DNA of 64,000 nt. Origin: Candidatus Heimdallarchaeota archaeon (GTDB lineage Archaea > Asgardarchaeota > Heimdallarchaeia > Hodarchaeales > Hodarchaeaceae). Below are positions 38,638 to 48,951 of this stretch, piece by piece. The translations under genes and the position numbers were made by a program. The stretch lies in contig RDOB01000002.1 of assembly GCA_011364965.1 (NCBI GenBank), positions 512,001 through 576,000 on the forward strand, written 5' to 3'. The notes under the pieces were generated by a model, which was not told the origin of the DNA, ran no database searches, and saw only the letters and a program-made list of their open reading frames with translations. How positions within the stretch are numbered: the first letter of the stretch is position 1; every line of letters starts with the position of its first letter.

Positions 38638-40584
38638 TTGAAACTCCATTCGCTGGCTCAATTTTATACTCCAAGTTGGATCGCGAAATATATTGTTGAA
38701 AGCGCTATTAATACATATATTCGATCAAATCCGAAAATTGAGGAAATAAAGGCGCTTAAAATTTTAGATCCGTCCTGTGGAGAAGGTATATTTCTACATA
38801 CAGCACTAAAGTATTTGATTCAACAGATTTCGAATCACCCAGACAATAATTGGACTTCAAGCAAAATTTCACATCATATTCTAATAAATCAGCTCTATGG
38901 AATAGATATCGATCCATCACAGGTGGAAATATGCTGTAAAAACCTCAATTGCGAAAAATTTAACTTCAACTTGCGCAAATTCAATGCTCTTATCCCGCCT
39001 CCGAATTCAGTTCAACCTGTCCAAAATGCAATTCATGAGAAAGTTCGAAAAGAAATAAAAATTAAATTCATTAGACAATTTTATTCTGAAGAAGCTGACT
39101 CTGACTTTAATTCATTAATGAAATTGGAAAGTCAAATTTTTCGAGATGTGAGTAGAGATCATCAATTCGCTTTGAGTCTACCTGATAAGTCAATAGCAAT
39201 CCCTTGGAGAGTGGCATTTCCCGAATGTGAGGGAAAATTTGATATTATTATAGGAAATCCTCCTTGGGGAGGAGATTTAGTCCCCTCCCATCTACTGGAG
39301 AAATATATAGTTGGTAGTCATCAGGTGGATACTTGGTCGCTCTTCATTGAGCGATCTATGGAAGCTCTTAAGAATAATGGAATATTAGGATTTGTAATTC
39401 CTAATAGTTTATTGATGAATGAGAATTACATAAAAACGCGAGAATTAATATTAAAAAGCTCTCAAATTAAAGAAATAATTAATCTAGGTGATGCTATATT
39501 CCCTGGAATTACCCAACCCTGCATGATTATTATTCTAGAGAAATTAGAGGAAGTTACTAAAGGTAATATCAAGATTATTCCACATCTTGGATATGAATTA
39601 GTAAACCAAGTCCGTGATGAGAAAACCAATCTATCATCTATAAACTATAATTCTTGTTTACAAGAAAGATTCGAAGATAATTTAGATTATTCTTTTGATA
39701 TATTCAGTATTGGATATGACGATTTCCTGAAGGAAGTTGAAAGAGATGTTGAATCCACACAAAAACATTGTAAATATTTAGGTGACTTAGTTGAAAATGG
39801 AAGGGGGGTTGAAATTAATCGTAATGGTATTATTATAATCTGTTCACAATGTGGATGGTGGAATCCCCCCTTTTCTCAACGAAATCTAAATTCCAAAGCT
39901 TGTGTGAATCCTAATTGTAAAGGGATAATTTTTCAGGTAGATAAATCTATTAATATTGTTTCAGATGAGAAAGTTACTTCTCAATCTAAACCAATTATTT
40001 CAGGATATCAGGTGTCAAGATATTATATTAGAGGACATAGGTTCATTAATACGAACGGAAAGGGGATTAATTTTAAATCTGAATCTCTTTACCAAGGTAA
40101 AAAAATACTTTTACGTAAAACTGGTTTTGGATTTAATGCTGCAATTGATTATGATAATCGTTTTACAACTCAAGTTGTTTACATTTTTAAACTGAAGAGA
40201 AGCGCCAATATATCCTTAGAATACATTCTGGGCTTGTTAAATTCCAATGTCATTCATACCTATTATTATTCGAAGTACGCTGACCTTAACCGTCGTGAAT
40301 TTCCTCATTTTACCCAAGGAAAAGTATTGAAACTCCCTATTAAAATCCCTGAATCTACATTAGAAAAAAGTATCGTCTTAAATATTGAACACAGAGTTAA
40401 AACCATCACAGACTTGTATAAATTGCAAAATGACTTAAAAGAAGAGAATCTTTCAATACTCATAAAATTGAAGCAGCTAGATAAGGAAATTCACGATTTA
40501 GTGTTTGATTTGTATGATATTAACGAAAAATACAGAGATTTTGTGTTTCAAAATTTTCATATTTCGGAAAAACATAAGGGATAG
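38638..40584 (+). CDS. N6-adenine DNA methyltransferase (Eco57I/TaqI-like, gamma class) with C-terminal TRD
   Basis: QFYTP, ILDPSCGEG, YGIDID, IIGNPPWG, KILLRKTG, YILGLLNS. Confidence 0.9.
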   Translation: MKLHSLAQFYTPSWIAKYIVESAINTYIRSNPKIEEIKALKILDPSCGEGIFLHTALKYLIQQISNHPDNNWTSSKISHHILINQLYGIDIDPSQVEICCKNLNCEKFNFNLRKFNALIPPPNSVQPVQNAIHEKVRKEIKIKFIRQFYSEEADSDFNSLMKLESQIFRDVSRDHQFALSLPDKSIAIPWRVAFPECEGKFDIIIGNPPWGGDLVPSHLLEKYIVGSHQVDTWSLFIERSMEALKNNGILGFVIPNSLLMNENYIKTRELILKSSQIKEIINLGDAIFPGITQPCMIIILEKLEEVTKGNIKIIPHLGYELVNQVRDEKTNLSSINYNSCLQERFEDNLDYSFDIFSIGYDDFLKEVERDVESTQKHCKYLGDLVENGRGVEINRNGIIIICSQCGWWNPPFSQRNLNSKACVNPNCKGIIFQVDKSINIVSDEKVTSQSKPIISGYQVSRYYIRGHRFINTNGKGINFKSESLYQGKKILLRKTGFGFNAAIDYDNRFTTQVVYIFKLKRSANISLEYILGLLNSNVIHTYYYSKYADLNRREFPHFTQGKVLKLPIKIPESTLEKSIVLNIEHRVKTITDLYKLQNDLKEENLSILIKLKQLDKEIHDLVFDLYDINEKYRDFVFQNFHISEKHKG

Positions 40585-40656
40585 ACCATTTTGGGGTAAT
40601 GTTGTGTTTTTGAGTTCTTTAATACTCATTAATTAAGCTAATGAAGGGAAAAATGA

Positions 40657-41289
40657 ATGACACAAAATAAAAAACCACAGAATCAAATCAAGTCGGCTTA
40701 TTACTTTGAAACTGTTGATTTAGTAATCATTGCATTATTTGCTGCTCTTGGCGGGGCCTTCAGCGCTTATATTGGCAATCTAGGGAGAATAATCTTTGGA
40801 TCTTCCCTCCCAGGTGGAGGCCAGTTATTTTCTGGTTTACATATTTTTTGGTATGTACTTATCTTTTATTTCACAAATCAGAAGAAAGGCGTTGTAACAA
40901 CAACAGGAATAATTAAAGGGTTTATAGAAATATTTTCAAGTAGTTCACTTGGAATTATGGCTTTGATTATAGCTTTTGCAAGTGCATTGATTTTTGAAGT
41001 CTGCTTTTTCGTTTTTTCAAATTTTATGAAGACCAAACGATTAGATCATCTCTTAATTGCAATTTCTGCCGGCTTTGCGTCTGCAAGTAACGTTATTATT
41101 CAATTGGAAACATTTTTTGCAAGTTTTACTACTAGTAATATTCCATCCGAATGGATTTTCGTGATGTTCGCGTTTAGCTTCATTTCTGGTGTCGTACTTG
41201 GTGGGTATCTAGGATATATAGCATTTAAGTTATTTGAAAATTCAAATTTGCTAACTTGGAGGAAGATTAAAGAAAATTCACTGAAATAG
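40657..41289 (+). CDS. ECF transporter S component
   Basis: FETVDLVIIALFAALG, KGFIE, about 6 TM. Confidence 0.7.
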   Translation: MTQNKKPQNQIKSAYYFETVDLVIIALFAALGGAFSAYIGNLGRIIFGSSLPGGGQLFSGLHIFWYVLIFYFTNQKKGVVTTTGIIKGFIEIFSSSSLGIMALIIAFASALIFEVCFFVFSNFMKTKRLDHLLIAISAGFASASNVIIQLETFFASFTTSNIPSEWIFVMFAFSFISGVVLGGYLGYIAFKLFENSNLLTWRKIKENSLK

Positions 41290-41466
41290 TCACAATTATA
41301 TTACAAACATTCCCAATGGACAAACGACCCCATTTCCCCATGTATATTCTTCGCACATATTAATACTTATATAATAGGCCAGATCATATAGTTTTATATT
41401 CAAATACAAGGAATCCTTCTCATATTCAAGAAACAAGGTGATTCTTGATAGAAATTGTAGGAAAAC

Positions 41467-44454
41467 GTGGGATTGTTGGCTTTCCAAGCACATTTCAACA
41501 AAATCGTGGATCTCATCGTCGTTTCGACTGAGGTAGTTTTAGCAGCAAGACGGATGATTTTTGCAACACTTTTTGGTTTAATCATTGCTCTTACAGTAAT
41601 TTCTCAAAGTTCAATTCTAATAGAATCTTATCGACAAAAAATATTCGAGGAACTAATGGATCAGGGGTCTTACTATAGTGATGAGGGTGATGTTACGATA
41701 TATGTGCCCTATGGAAGCCTTCAATCAGAAGAATTTTCACGAATAGGGGGATCTAAATTCTTTACTAACTTCACAGAGTTTGATCAATTAATAAATAATA
41801 GTTTAACCATTAATAATTATACTGATTATCTAGATGAAAGATTATGGTTTAGTGAAATCGTAATAGGAGTCTGGTTAAATAGAACTGATTATCGTTATGA
41901 ATCTTCGGATGTATTTCCCCAGCAAATGCTTTTTTATGCCTCATCAAATGATTATTTTTATGAAGTTATCTCATCATTAGTTAAATCACAAGGAAAAGGA
42001 AGATTTCCGCAAATTTCATCGGAGCTATTACTTATTCGACCTCGTGGATTTCCAGAATATGAATGGGATCGAGATAGAGAAGAGATTTTTGAAAATCTTA
42101 CTGTTGGAACTGAAATTAATTTAACCTTTACTGAAATTTATAATGATAATTCACTTGATTCTGCAAATCAAACAGCTAAAATTGTTGGAGTACTAGAATA
42201 CAACCGTGAATACATGGATCGGGCATCACCATATAGCGATGATCTCTCCAATATCATAAAATCATATCTAACTCCTTATTTTCCTTGGGAAGGCTATTTT
42301 TTTCTTTATAATCGGACTAACTTCCCGCAAATGATAGATTTATTGCTTGAAAACGTACATTTCGGTGAATACTTTTCGATTAATGGTGAGGTTAATGGAA
42401 GACTCACTTTTGATCGATCCAAATTTAATGTGTATAATATAAACCAAGAAATAACTCATTTTGAGGATTTTCTCGATTTAGTAGAACGGCAATTATATAG
42501 TATAACATCTTATTCTTACATTTTTTCTTCTTTATTACAACAAATGCGCATGTACGAAGGAAGAATTCAAGAATTGAATATCTTTCTACTACTTATTAGT
42601 ATTCCAATCCTTGCAATAGCTTTATATTTAGTAAATTTCTCCTTTGAGTTAATTAAAAGACAGAAACAGGAACATATTGGCATTATTAAGACTCGGGGAG
42701 GCTCTTGGGTTCAATTGCTTATAATTTTATTAGGAGAAATGCTTTTGTCAACATTAATAGCAGTTTTCATCGGATTTCTTTTCAGTACGTTGCTAGCTGA
42801 ACTAGTGATGCGATCAACAGACTTCCTAGAATTCTTAGGCCCTGGAATACCAGTTATTGCCCCTGTTCAAACCCTGAGGACTCTGATTATGATCGGGGTG
42901 GTTATTGCACTCCTCTTGAATTTTCGACGAATTTTTAAAATGAGTAAAATGAAGATAACTGATACTTTAGACTCTACAAAGGAAATATCGCCATTTTGGA
43001 AACGATTCTACTTGGATGTTGTAATGTTTGCTTTTGGCACAGTTGTTTGGTTAATCCTTATGAGTCTCTTAGAATCAGTTATGACTCCATCCGAGGAGTT
43101 TAATCCCATTATTTATATTCTTTACCCGATATTTTTCCTTCTAGGTATTCCTGCACCTTTTCTGATGCTTTTTGGCTCATTGATGATGGTTTCTCGGATT
43201 TTTCCGATATTAATTGATCGTATTGGGAACTTTATGTGGAATATCAAAGGGGGAATAAACGCTTTCTCAGTTCGTAATATAATACGTCATAAACGCGCAG
43301 CAAATCAGGCCGTTCTATTGATTACTTTTGCTATTGCTTTTGCTATTTTATCTGCATCTTTGGTATATTCTCTTGAAGAAACCCAACGATTAAGGTATTA
43401 CTATGAAGAAGGTAGCGATTTAAGTTTAACTACAGGCCAAGAGTTCAATAATAGTATAAAAACAGTATTAGAAGAAAATATATCTGATATTTCCGAGATA
43501 ACAGAAATTTATCTAGTTCAAGAAAACTCAATGGGATATATTGGAATCAGTTACACAATGATGTTTTTAGATCCCATTACTTTTCCAGGAACGATTTTTA
43601 AGAGTCCAGTTTATGGATTGAGCGATGCCATAAATAACCTAATGGAGGAATTGCAGGATAACAATTCAATTTTGCTTCTAGAATCCAATTTTCAGAAATC
43701 AGTCTCAGTAAATGAGATTGGAGACAACCTCTCTCTCTCTTTCAGTAACGATACTGGAGTTATAGCTATTTCACCTCGTATTGCTGGAACCTTTAACTAC
43801 TGGCCTTCTATGTATCCTACTCCTTGGTTGGATTATGACCGTGAATATTTCCTAGTTGGAAGTCTTGGCATGTTTGAAAAATTGGATAGAGCTTATTTTA
43901 CCGATGTGAGAGCGAAGTATTTAATGAAGCTATCTAGCCAAGGTAATGTCGAAACTGTTTATGAAGAGATTAAAAACAAAACAGGTATATCTCCAAATTG
44001 TCCCTTACTTAAGTTTGAGGAGTATAAAGAATCTTTTGATAGACACTTCTCTCTTTCGATTCTCAATTCAGATTTAATTGTAACAGGTACTATCTCGATT
44101 ATTGGGGTAGTCATGTTTGGCTTTTTCACTCTTATAGAACGAAATAAAGAAATTGGGGTAGAACGTGCTCTTGGTATGACGCGTAAACAAACTGCACAGT
44201 CTCTAGTAGTTGAGGCAATTACTATTTTAGATTTTGGTCTAATTATAGGATGCATTGCAGGCACTTACTTTGTGAGTATGTTTCTAAAAGTTCTCTCGGT
44301 TGGATATCTGGTTCCTCCTTCAATTGTGAGCTATCCAATAGAAATTCTCATTCGATTAATCACTGGTATCGTCTTATTGGCAGTTTTGGGAACAATTGGT
44401 CCCGCTTTTTATGCAACTCGTCGAGATATCAGTCGTATTTTGAAAGTTGAATAA
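41467..44454 (+). CDS. Large FtsX-like ABC permease
   Basis: RQKQEHIGIIKTRG, ERNKEIGVERALG, C-terminal ISRILKVE. Confidence 0.88.
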   Translation: MGLLAFQAHFNKIVDLIVVSTEVVLAARRMIFATLFGLIIALTVISQSSILIESYRQKIFEELMDQGSYYSDEGDVTIYVPYGSLQSEEFSRIGGSKFFTNFTEFDQLINNSLTINNYTDYLDERLWFSEIVIGVWLNRTDYRYESSDVFPQQMLFYASSNDYFYEVISSLVKSQGKGRFPQISSELLLIRPRGFPEYEWDRDREEIFENLTVGTEINLTFTEIYNDNSLDSANQTAKIVGVLEYNREYMDRASPYSDDLSNIIKSYLTPYFPWEGYFFLYNRTNFPQMIDLLLENVHFGEYFSINGEVNGRLTFDRSKFNVYNINQEITHFEDFLDLVERQLYSITSYSYIFSSLLQQMRMYEGRIQELNIFLLLISIPILAIALYLVNFSFELIKRQKQEHIGIIKTRGGSWVQLLIILLGEMLLSTLIAVFIGFLFSTLLAELVMRSTDFLEFLGPGIPVIAPVQTLRTLIMIGVVIALLLNFRRIFKMSKMKITDTLDSTKEISPFWKRFYLDVVMFAFGTVVWLILMSLLESVMTPSEEFNPIIYILYPIFFLLGIPAPFLMLFGSLMMVSRIFPILIDRIGNFMWNIKGGINAFSVRNIIRHKRAANQAVLLITFAIAFAILSASLVYSLEETQRLRYYYEEGSDLSLTTGQEFNNSIKTVLEENISDISEITEIYLVQENSMGYIGISYTMMFLDPITFPGTIFKSPVYGLSDAINNLMEELQDNNSILLLESNFQKSVSVNEIGDNLSLSFSNDTGVIAISPRIAGTFNYWPSMYPTPWLDYDREYFLVGSLGMFEKLDRAYFTDVRAKYLMKLSSQGNVETVYEEIKNKTGISPNCPLLKFEEYKESFDRHFSLSILNSDLIVTGTISIIGVVMFGFFTLIERNKEIGVERALGMTRKQTAQSLVVEAITILDFGLIIGCIAGTYFVSMFLKVLSVGYLVPPSIVSYPIEILIRLITGIVLLAVLGTIGPAFYATRRDISRILKVE

Positions 44455-44535
44455 GCTTCATCCAAACATTTATTTAACTTGAGTGTCATTTTAGCTATTG
44501 AAATATAAGTCCCTGAAGATTAGGATTCAAAAAAA

Positions 44536-44688
44536 ATGGGAGAAACACTAGGACCATGTCGAAGGTGCGGAAAACTTATGATCCAACCTCATCCGACTGG
44601 ATTATGTCGTGAATGTCGTGAGAAAAGTGGTTTAAGAGCACCTCCAGACAATCCTGATATACCAGAACCATTAAGATTTGAAAAATGA
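44536..44688 (+). CDS. 50-aa zinc-finger microprotein (not in ORF track)
   Basis: MGETLGPCRRCGKLMIQPHPTGLCRECREKSGLRAPPDNPDIPEPLRFEK. Confidence 0.7.
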   Translation: MGETLGPCRRCGKLMIQPHPTGLCRECREKSGLRAPPDNPDIPEPLRFEK

Positions 44689-44788
44689 TATTGTGGTATT
44701 TTGTATTCAATTCTTAATATCACAAATCTTTTCATCCAATTCATTTATGATTCCAGTTAAATAAAATTATGCTTAAGGAGATAAAAAT

Positions 44789-46126
44789 ATGAAAGATGAT
44801 ATTTTTTCACAATATGATCCTCTAGAAGAAGCTTTGCAAGAGGGTATCAATCCTGAGGAGTATATTATCGGGAGTTACATGGTTCAACTTGGTCCCAGAA
44901 TGGATCCATGGTACCTGGGTCGTGCAGCAGCTTGTGAACAGTCTACAGGTACTTGGGTTCCTGTACCAGCTAATACTCCTGAGCTTCGTGCGAGATTTGG
45001 AGCAAAAGTTATCGGAATTTACGAAGTTCCCAGTTATGAATTTGAAATCCCTAAAGATGTTGAAGAACGTAATTATATTTATCAAATTGCATTTCCTGCG
45101 CTGAATCAGATTAATTCTATAGGTTTAATGTTAACAGCGGTTCATGGAAACATCAGCATGGGCGGAAAACTTAAATTATTGGACATACGTTTCCCTAAAA
45201 AATGGATAAAACAATTTCAAGGTCCAAAATTTGGTATTGAGGGAATTCGAAAACTTTTGAAGGTACCTGACCGTCCATTACTTAATAACATGATAAAACC
45301 TTGCTCTGGTTGGACCCCAGAAGTGGGAGCCCAACTTTTATATTCTGCTGCGTTAGGAGGCTGCGATGTAATAAAGGATGACGAATTAATAGCTGATATG
45401 GATTATAACAGGATTATAGATCGTGTACCACTGATGATGGAGGCAATAGACAAAGTTAGAGATGAAACTAATGAAGAAACTCTGTACACGTGCAATATTA
45501 CCGACAATTTAACCAAACTCAAACAGAATGCACTTGCTGTTCAGGATGCAGGGGGCAATGCACTCATGCTTAATTATCTTGTTGTCGGACTTCCTGCCTT
45601 ACGTATGCTAGCTGAAGATCCAGATATTAAATTACCGATTCTAGCTCATATGGATTTTGCAGGAGCTTTTTATGAAAGTCCATATTCAGGTGTTTCTTCT
45701 TTTCTAATCATGGGAAAATTTGCTCGACTTGCAGGAGCAGACATTGTTGTTTATCCCGCCCCATATGGCAAAGCACCTTTTTTAAAAGAAAAATACATGG
45801 GTTTAGCAAAAGCGCATCGTTATCGAATGCACCATTTAAAACCAACCCTACCAATGCCCTCTGGAGGGATTACACCTGGGATGGTCTTACGAGTGATGCA
45901 AGATCTTGGAAATGATGTCATGATAGGCTCAGGTGGAGGAATACATGCACACCCAGATGGACCAGTAGCTGGCGCAAGAGCATTTCGGCAAGCTATTGAG
46001 ATTGGGATGAATGACATGGTCAAAGCGAGTGAGGATTTTGAGGATTACGTTGAGGATCATGAGGATAGCTACCCTGAACTAGCTCGAGCGATGGAAACTT
46101 GGGGAGTCGCAGATACGAGATTCTAA
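44789..46126 (+). CDS. RuBisCO-like protein (form IV)
   Basis: EQSTGTW, GPKFG, IKP, IKDDE, PMPSGG, GGGIHAHPDG; K177, R295 and H327 positions substituted. Confidence 0.9.
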   Translation: MKDDIFSQYDPLEEALQEGINPEEYIIGSYMVQLGPRMDPWYLGRAAACEQSTGTWVPVPANTPELRARFGAKVIGIYEVPSYEFEIPKDVEERNYIYQIAFPALNQINSIGLMLTAVHGNISMGGKLKLLDIRFPKKWIKQFQGPKFGIEGIRKLLKVPDRPLLNNMIKPCSGWTPEVGAQLLYSAALGGCDVIKDDELIADMDYNRIIDRVPLMMEAIDKVRDETNEETLYTCNITDNLTKLKQNALAVQDAGGNALMLNYLVVGLPALRMLAEDPDIKLPILAHMDFAGAFYESPYSGVSSFLIMGKFARLAGADIVVYPAPYGKAPFLKEKYMGLAKAHRYRMHHLKPTLPMPSGGITPGMVLRVMQDLGNDVMIGSGGGIHAHPDGPVAGARAFRQAIEIGMNDMVKASEDFEDYVEDHEDSYPELARAMETWGVADTRF

Positions 46127-46225
46127 GCTTCATCCTTTTTTTCCCTCTCATGATTCAATAGGAGAAGCATTGATAAATATCACTAATGATTAAGTAAACA
46201 GTATTAAAATTCCGTTTCACTAAAG

Positions 46226-47989
46226 GTGAATTTAATTTTGAGATTTAATGGTTACATTTTGTTTGGAATAACGTTAATTTTACTTTCAAATATATCCATG
46301 AATTCATATATAGAAATATCTGATGATTCATTTTCTAAATTTCACGTTAACGGTTATATTTCGTCTGAAACGATAGCACCAAAGGTTGAAATCGAAATTG
46401 CTCTGATAGATCAGGAAACCAACCAAATTATGGCTGAACCAACAGTAGTTAAGGTTCTAGTAATTAATGTTCAAGATAGTGGAACAGCTAATGATTGGAT
46501 TGAAATCGCCAAAATCGAAAATGCTGATATAATAATTGCTGATGAAACAGGATTATGGGGAAAAGATAACGATGCAATGCTTAATGAAATCCTTGCAGAA
46601 CTGAATGCCAATTTTCCTACAGAAACACCCTATACTGGATATGCTTTGCATGGTCAAGAACGAGCAAGTGAGGGTGAGGCTGTTATTACGCGTTTTCCTA
46701 TTGTGAGAGCTACGGAAGTTAAAGAATTTATTGCAGACGATGGAACCATAATCAATCCATATTATCATGTTATTGATGTTGAAATTAATATCAGTGGTGT
46801 CGTTACTCACGTAGTGGGGGCTCGATTGCAGTGTTGTGGAGATGAAAGAGGTTATATGGATAGTAAAGATCCTCCCAAACGCCGTGCTATAGATCATGAG
46901 GGATATGTAAACTATCTTGACTCGCTTGGCTCAGTGCCAATTCTCTATGGTGGGGATTTAAATTCTTATTCACCTTATGATGTTGGTGAGATTGCGCCTA
47001 GCGAAGCAAATTTAGGAGCTGCCCCAATATCAATGCTTGTTAATTCTTCATATCCAACTGCATCTGAAAATCATTCTTGGGTAGATGTATATCGTGAGAC
47101 CAATCCTTACGATAAAGGGTATACTTATGTTGATTGGCAATATCAGAGTCGCATAGATTATCTTTTTGTTAATGATTTCTTTCACGATAAACTAATCAAC
47201 TCCACTGTTTTACCCTTTCCTCCTGATATTACTCCTCCTGATCATTTTCCTCTTGTCGCATTCTTTAATATGAATCCTGAGCTAGCAGATCTACGTCCCC
47301 CTATTAAAATACATAATATTAGGGGAACAATAATTAATAGTACGAGTATCAATATAACCTGGGATTCTAATCCTGAAGTAGATTTAACTGAATATATTAT
47401 TCATAAAGATGATTTAGAAATCGATCGGGTGACAACTCCTAACTATGTTGATAGCACGCTAGTTCCTGGTCAAATTTACCGATTTCGTGTATCTGCAATA
47501 GATACTAGCAATAATATTGGAGCTAAATCCATTCTTTTCATTCTTAATACGACTTTCGGGATTTGTCGGACACCTGGACCCCCTGTATTAACAGCTACAG
47601 GAGGAATAAATAACAATACGTTATCTTGGATTTTGAATGATAATGGAGGTCTTCCAGTAACAGGATATCAACTATACAGAATTTATACATATCCCTCATC
47701 TGGTTATGAATTGATTCATCGTTATCCTACTGGTATTTCCGCTGGAATCTTCCCACCTGAGCAAACTACTTTTATTGATACAGGAGTTGCACCAGGAAGG
47801 ACGTATCGCTATTTAATTACTGCTCTCAATGAGCTGGGAGAAGGAGTAAAATCTGAGATTGCCTTTGGGACAGTTTTAACCTCCCCTACGACAACAACGA
47901 CTGATGGGGCTCCTACATTTGGTTTCAGTATAATTCCGATTGCTTTTACACTAACTTTGATTACGATTTATAGAAAAAAAAGAATTTAG
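46226..47989 (+). CDS. Surface-anchored endonuclease/exonuclease/phosphatase with two FN3 domains
   Basis: N-terminal signal; GGDLN, SRIDY, DHFP; FN3 repeats; Thr linker, TM and RKKRI tail. Confidence 0.85.
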   Translation: MNLILRFNGYILFGITLILLSNISMNSYIEISDDSFSKFHVNGYISSETIAPKVEIEIALIDQETNQIMAEPTVVKVLVINVQDSGTANDWIEIAKIENADIIIADETGLWGKDNDAMLNEILAELNANFPTETPYTGYALHGQERASEGEAVITRFPIVRATEVKEFIADDGTIINPYYHVIDVEINISGVVTHVVGARLQCCGDERGYMDSKDPPKRRAIDHEGYVNYLDSLGSVPILYGGDLNSYSPYDVGEIAPSEANLGAAPISMLVNSSYPTASENHSWVDVYRETNPYDKGYTYVDWQYQSRIDYLFVNDFFHDKLINSTVLPFPPDITPPDHFPLVAFFNMNPELADLRPPIKIHNIRGTIINSTSINITWDSNPEVDLTEYIIHKDDLEIDRVTTPNYVDSTLVPGQIYRFRVSAIDTSNNIGAKSILFILNTTFGICRTPGPPVLTATGGINNNTLSWILNDNGGLPVTGYQLYRIYTYPSSGYELIHRYPTGISAGIFPPEQTTFIDTGVAPGRTYRYLITALNELGEGVKSEIAFGTVLTSPTTTTTDGAPTFGFSIIPIAFTLTLITIYRKKRI

Positions 47990-48161
47990 TGATGTGATCC
48001 TGAAAACAAATCTTTTTTTTTATTTTATCAATAATGAGACTAAATTACCTTCTCACGGATTAGGATTCGCTAAGTTGATGAATTACGAGACGTAGTGGAA
48101 TTTAAACCCCATTTTTTGGTAAAAACAATTCTAACACTTATTTAACTCTAAAGGGATCGAG

Positions 48162-48607
48162 ATGAAGAAAAACATAAGATTAACTCTTCTACTCAATTTA
48201 ATGGTTATCATTTTGCTCTTTTCGAGCTCAATTGATAATCCTTATGGTGCACGTGTGAATATTGTTGAAACTAATTCCCTTTTAACTATGTTTTTGCTAA
48301 TAATATCGATGAAGATCCTGATTGGCGGACTAATACCCTTTTCGATAGAAGAATTGCTTGTTATATTCGCAAGGATGATATTTACGTTAGAGATATGCTC
48401 CTTTTAAGTGAGGTTATAGAGCGATTAAATGCTACCTGAAGATTTCCTTTTATAACACCAACAATTCCAAGAATAAAAAATCCTAGTCCTCCCAGAGACT
48501 CAACATCAGTAACCAATAAAACAAATGAGCCATCTCCGGGGTTTCTGGTGATATTAACTGCCATTAATTTAGTTATTGCGTCAAAGAGGAAGAGAAAAGG
48601 AATTTAA
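48162..48607 (+). pseudogene. Remnant of secreted protein with PGF-CTERM-like anchor
   Basis: Signal peptide in one frame; a second frame ends EPSPGFLVILTAINLVIASKRKRKGI; in-frame TGA at 48437. Confidence 0.55.
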
Positions 48608-48624
48608 TAAATAAATTCACACTC

Positions 48625-48918
48625 TCATTCTCTCCCTCCTGCAACTGGGGGAAAAATTGATATAATATCATTATCTAGTATGACAGTGTTTAGTCCTTGA
48701 AGATATTTAATATTTCTCCCGTTGATTAATATATGATTCCATTCTTTGAGGGAATAGTCTTCATTGACTAGAATATCTTTTATTTCGGGTAATTTATAAC
48801 AGATTACTTTCAATAAATGCAAAATGGTGGAATTTTCGTCTAATGCCAAGGTTAACTGGTTATTTTTAGTAAGGTGTCTAAAAGTAGCAAAAAAATTGAC
48901 TTGAACCAGAATGCTCAC
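48625..48918 (-). CDS. MoaD/SAMP ubiquitin-like sulfur carrier
   Basis: VNFFATFR, ILINGRNI..LQGL.T, IFPPVAGG(RE). Confidence 0.9.
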   Translation of the reverse strand: MSILVQVNFFATFRHLTKNNQLTLALDENSTILHLLKVICYKLPEIKDILVNEDYSLKEWNHILINGRNIKYLQGLNTVILDNDIISIFPPVAGGRE

Positions 48919-48951
48919 AATTAATTCTCTCTGAATATTTTTTTCAACGAT

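Noticed and set aside
38638-40584. Type IIG R-M or BREX defence island
   Set aside because: No nuclease domain or accessory defence genes nearby
44789-46126. Bona fide CO2-fixing RuBisCO
   Set aside because: K177, R295 and H327 equivalents are substituted
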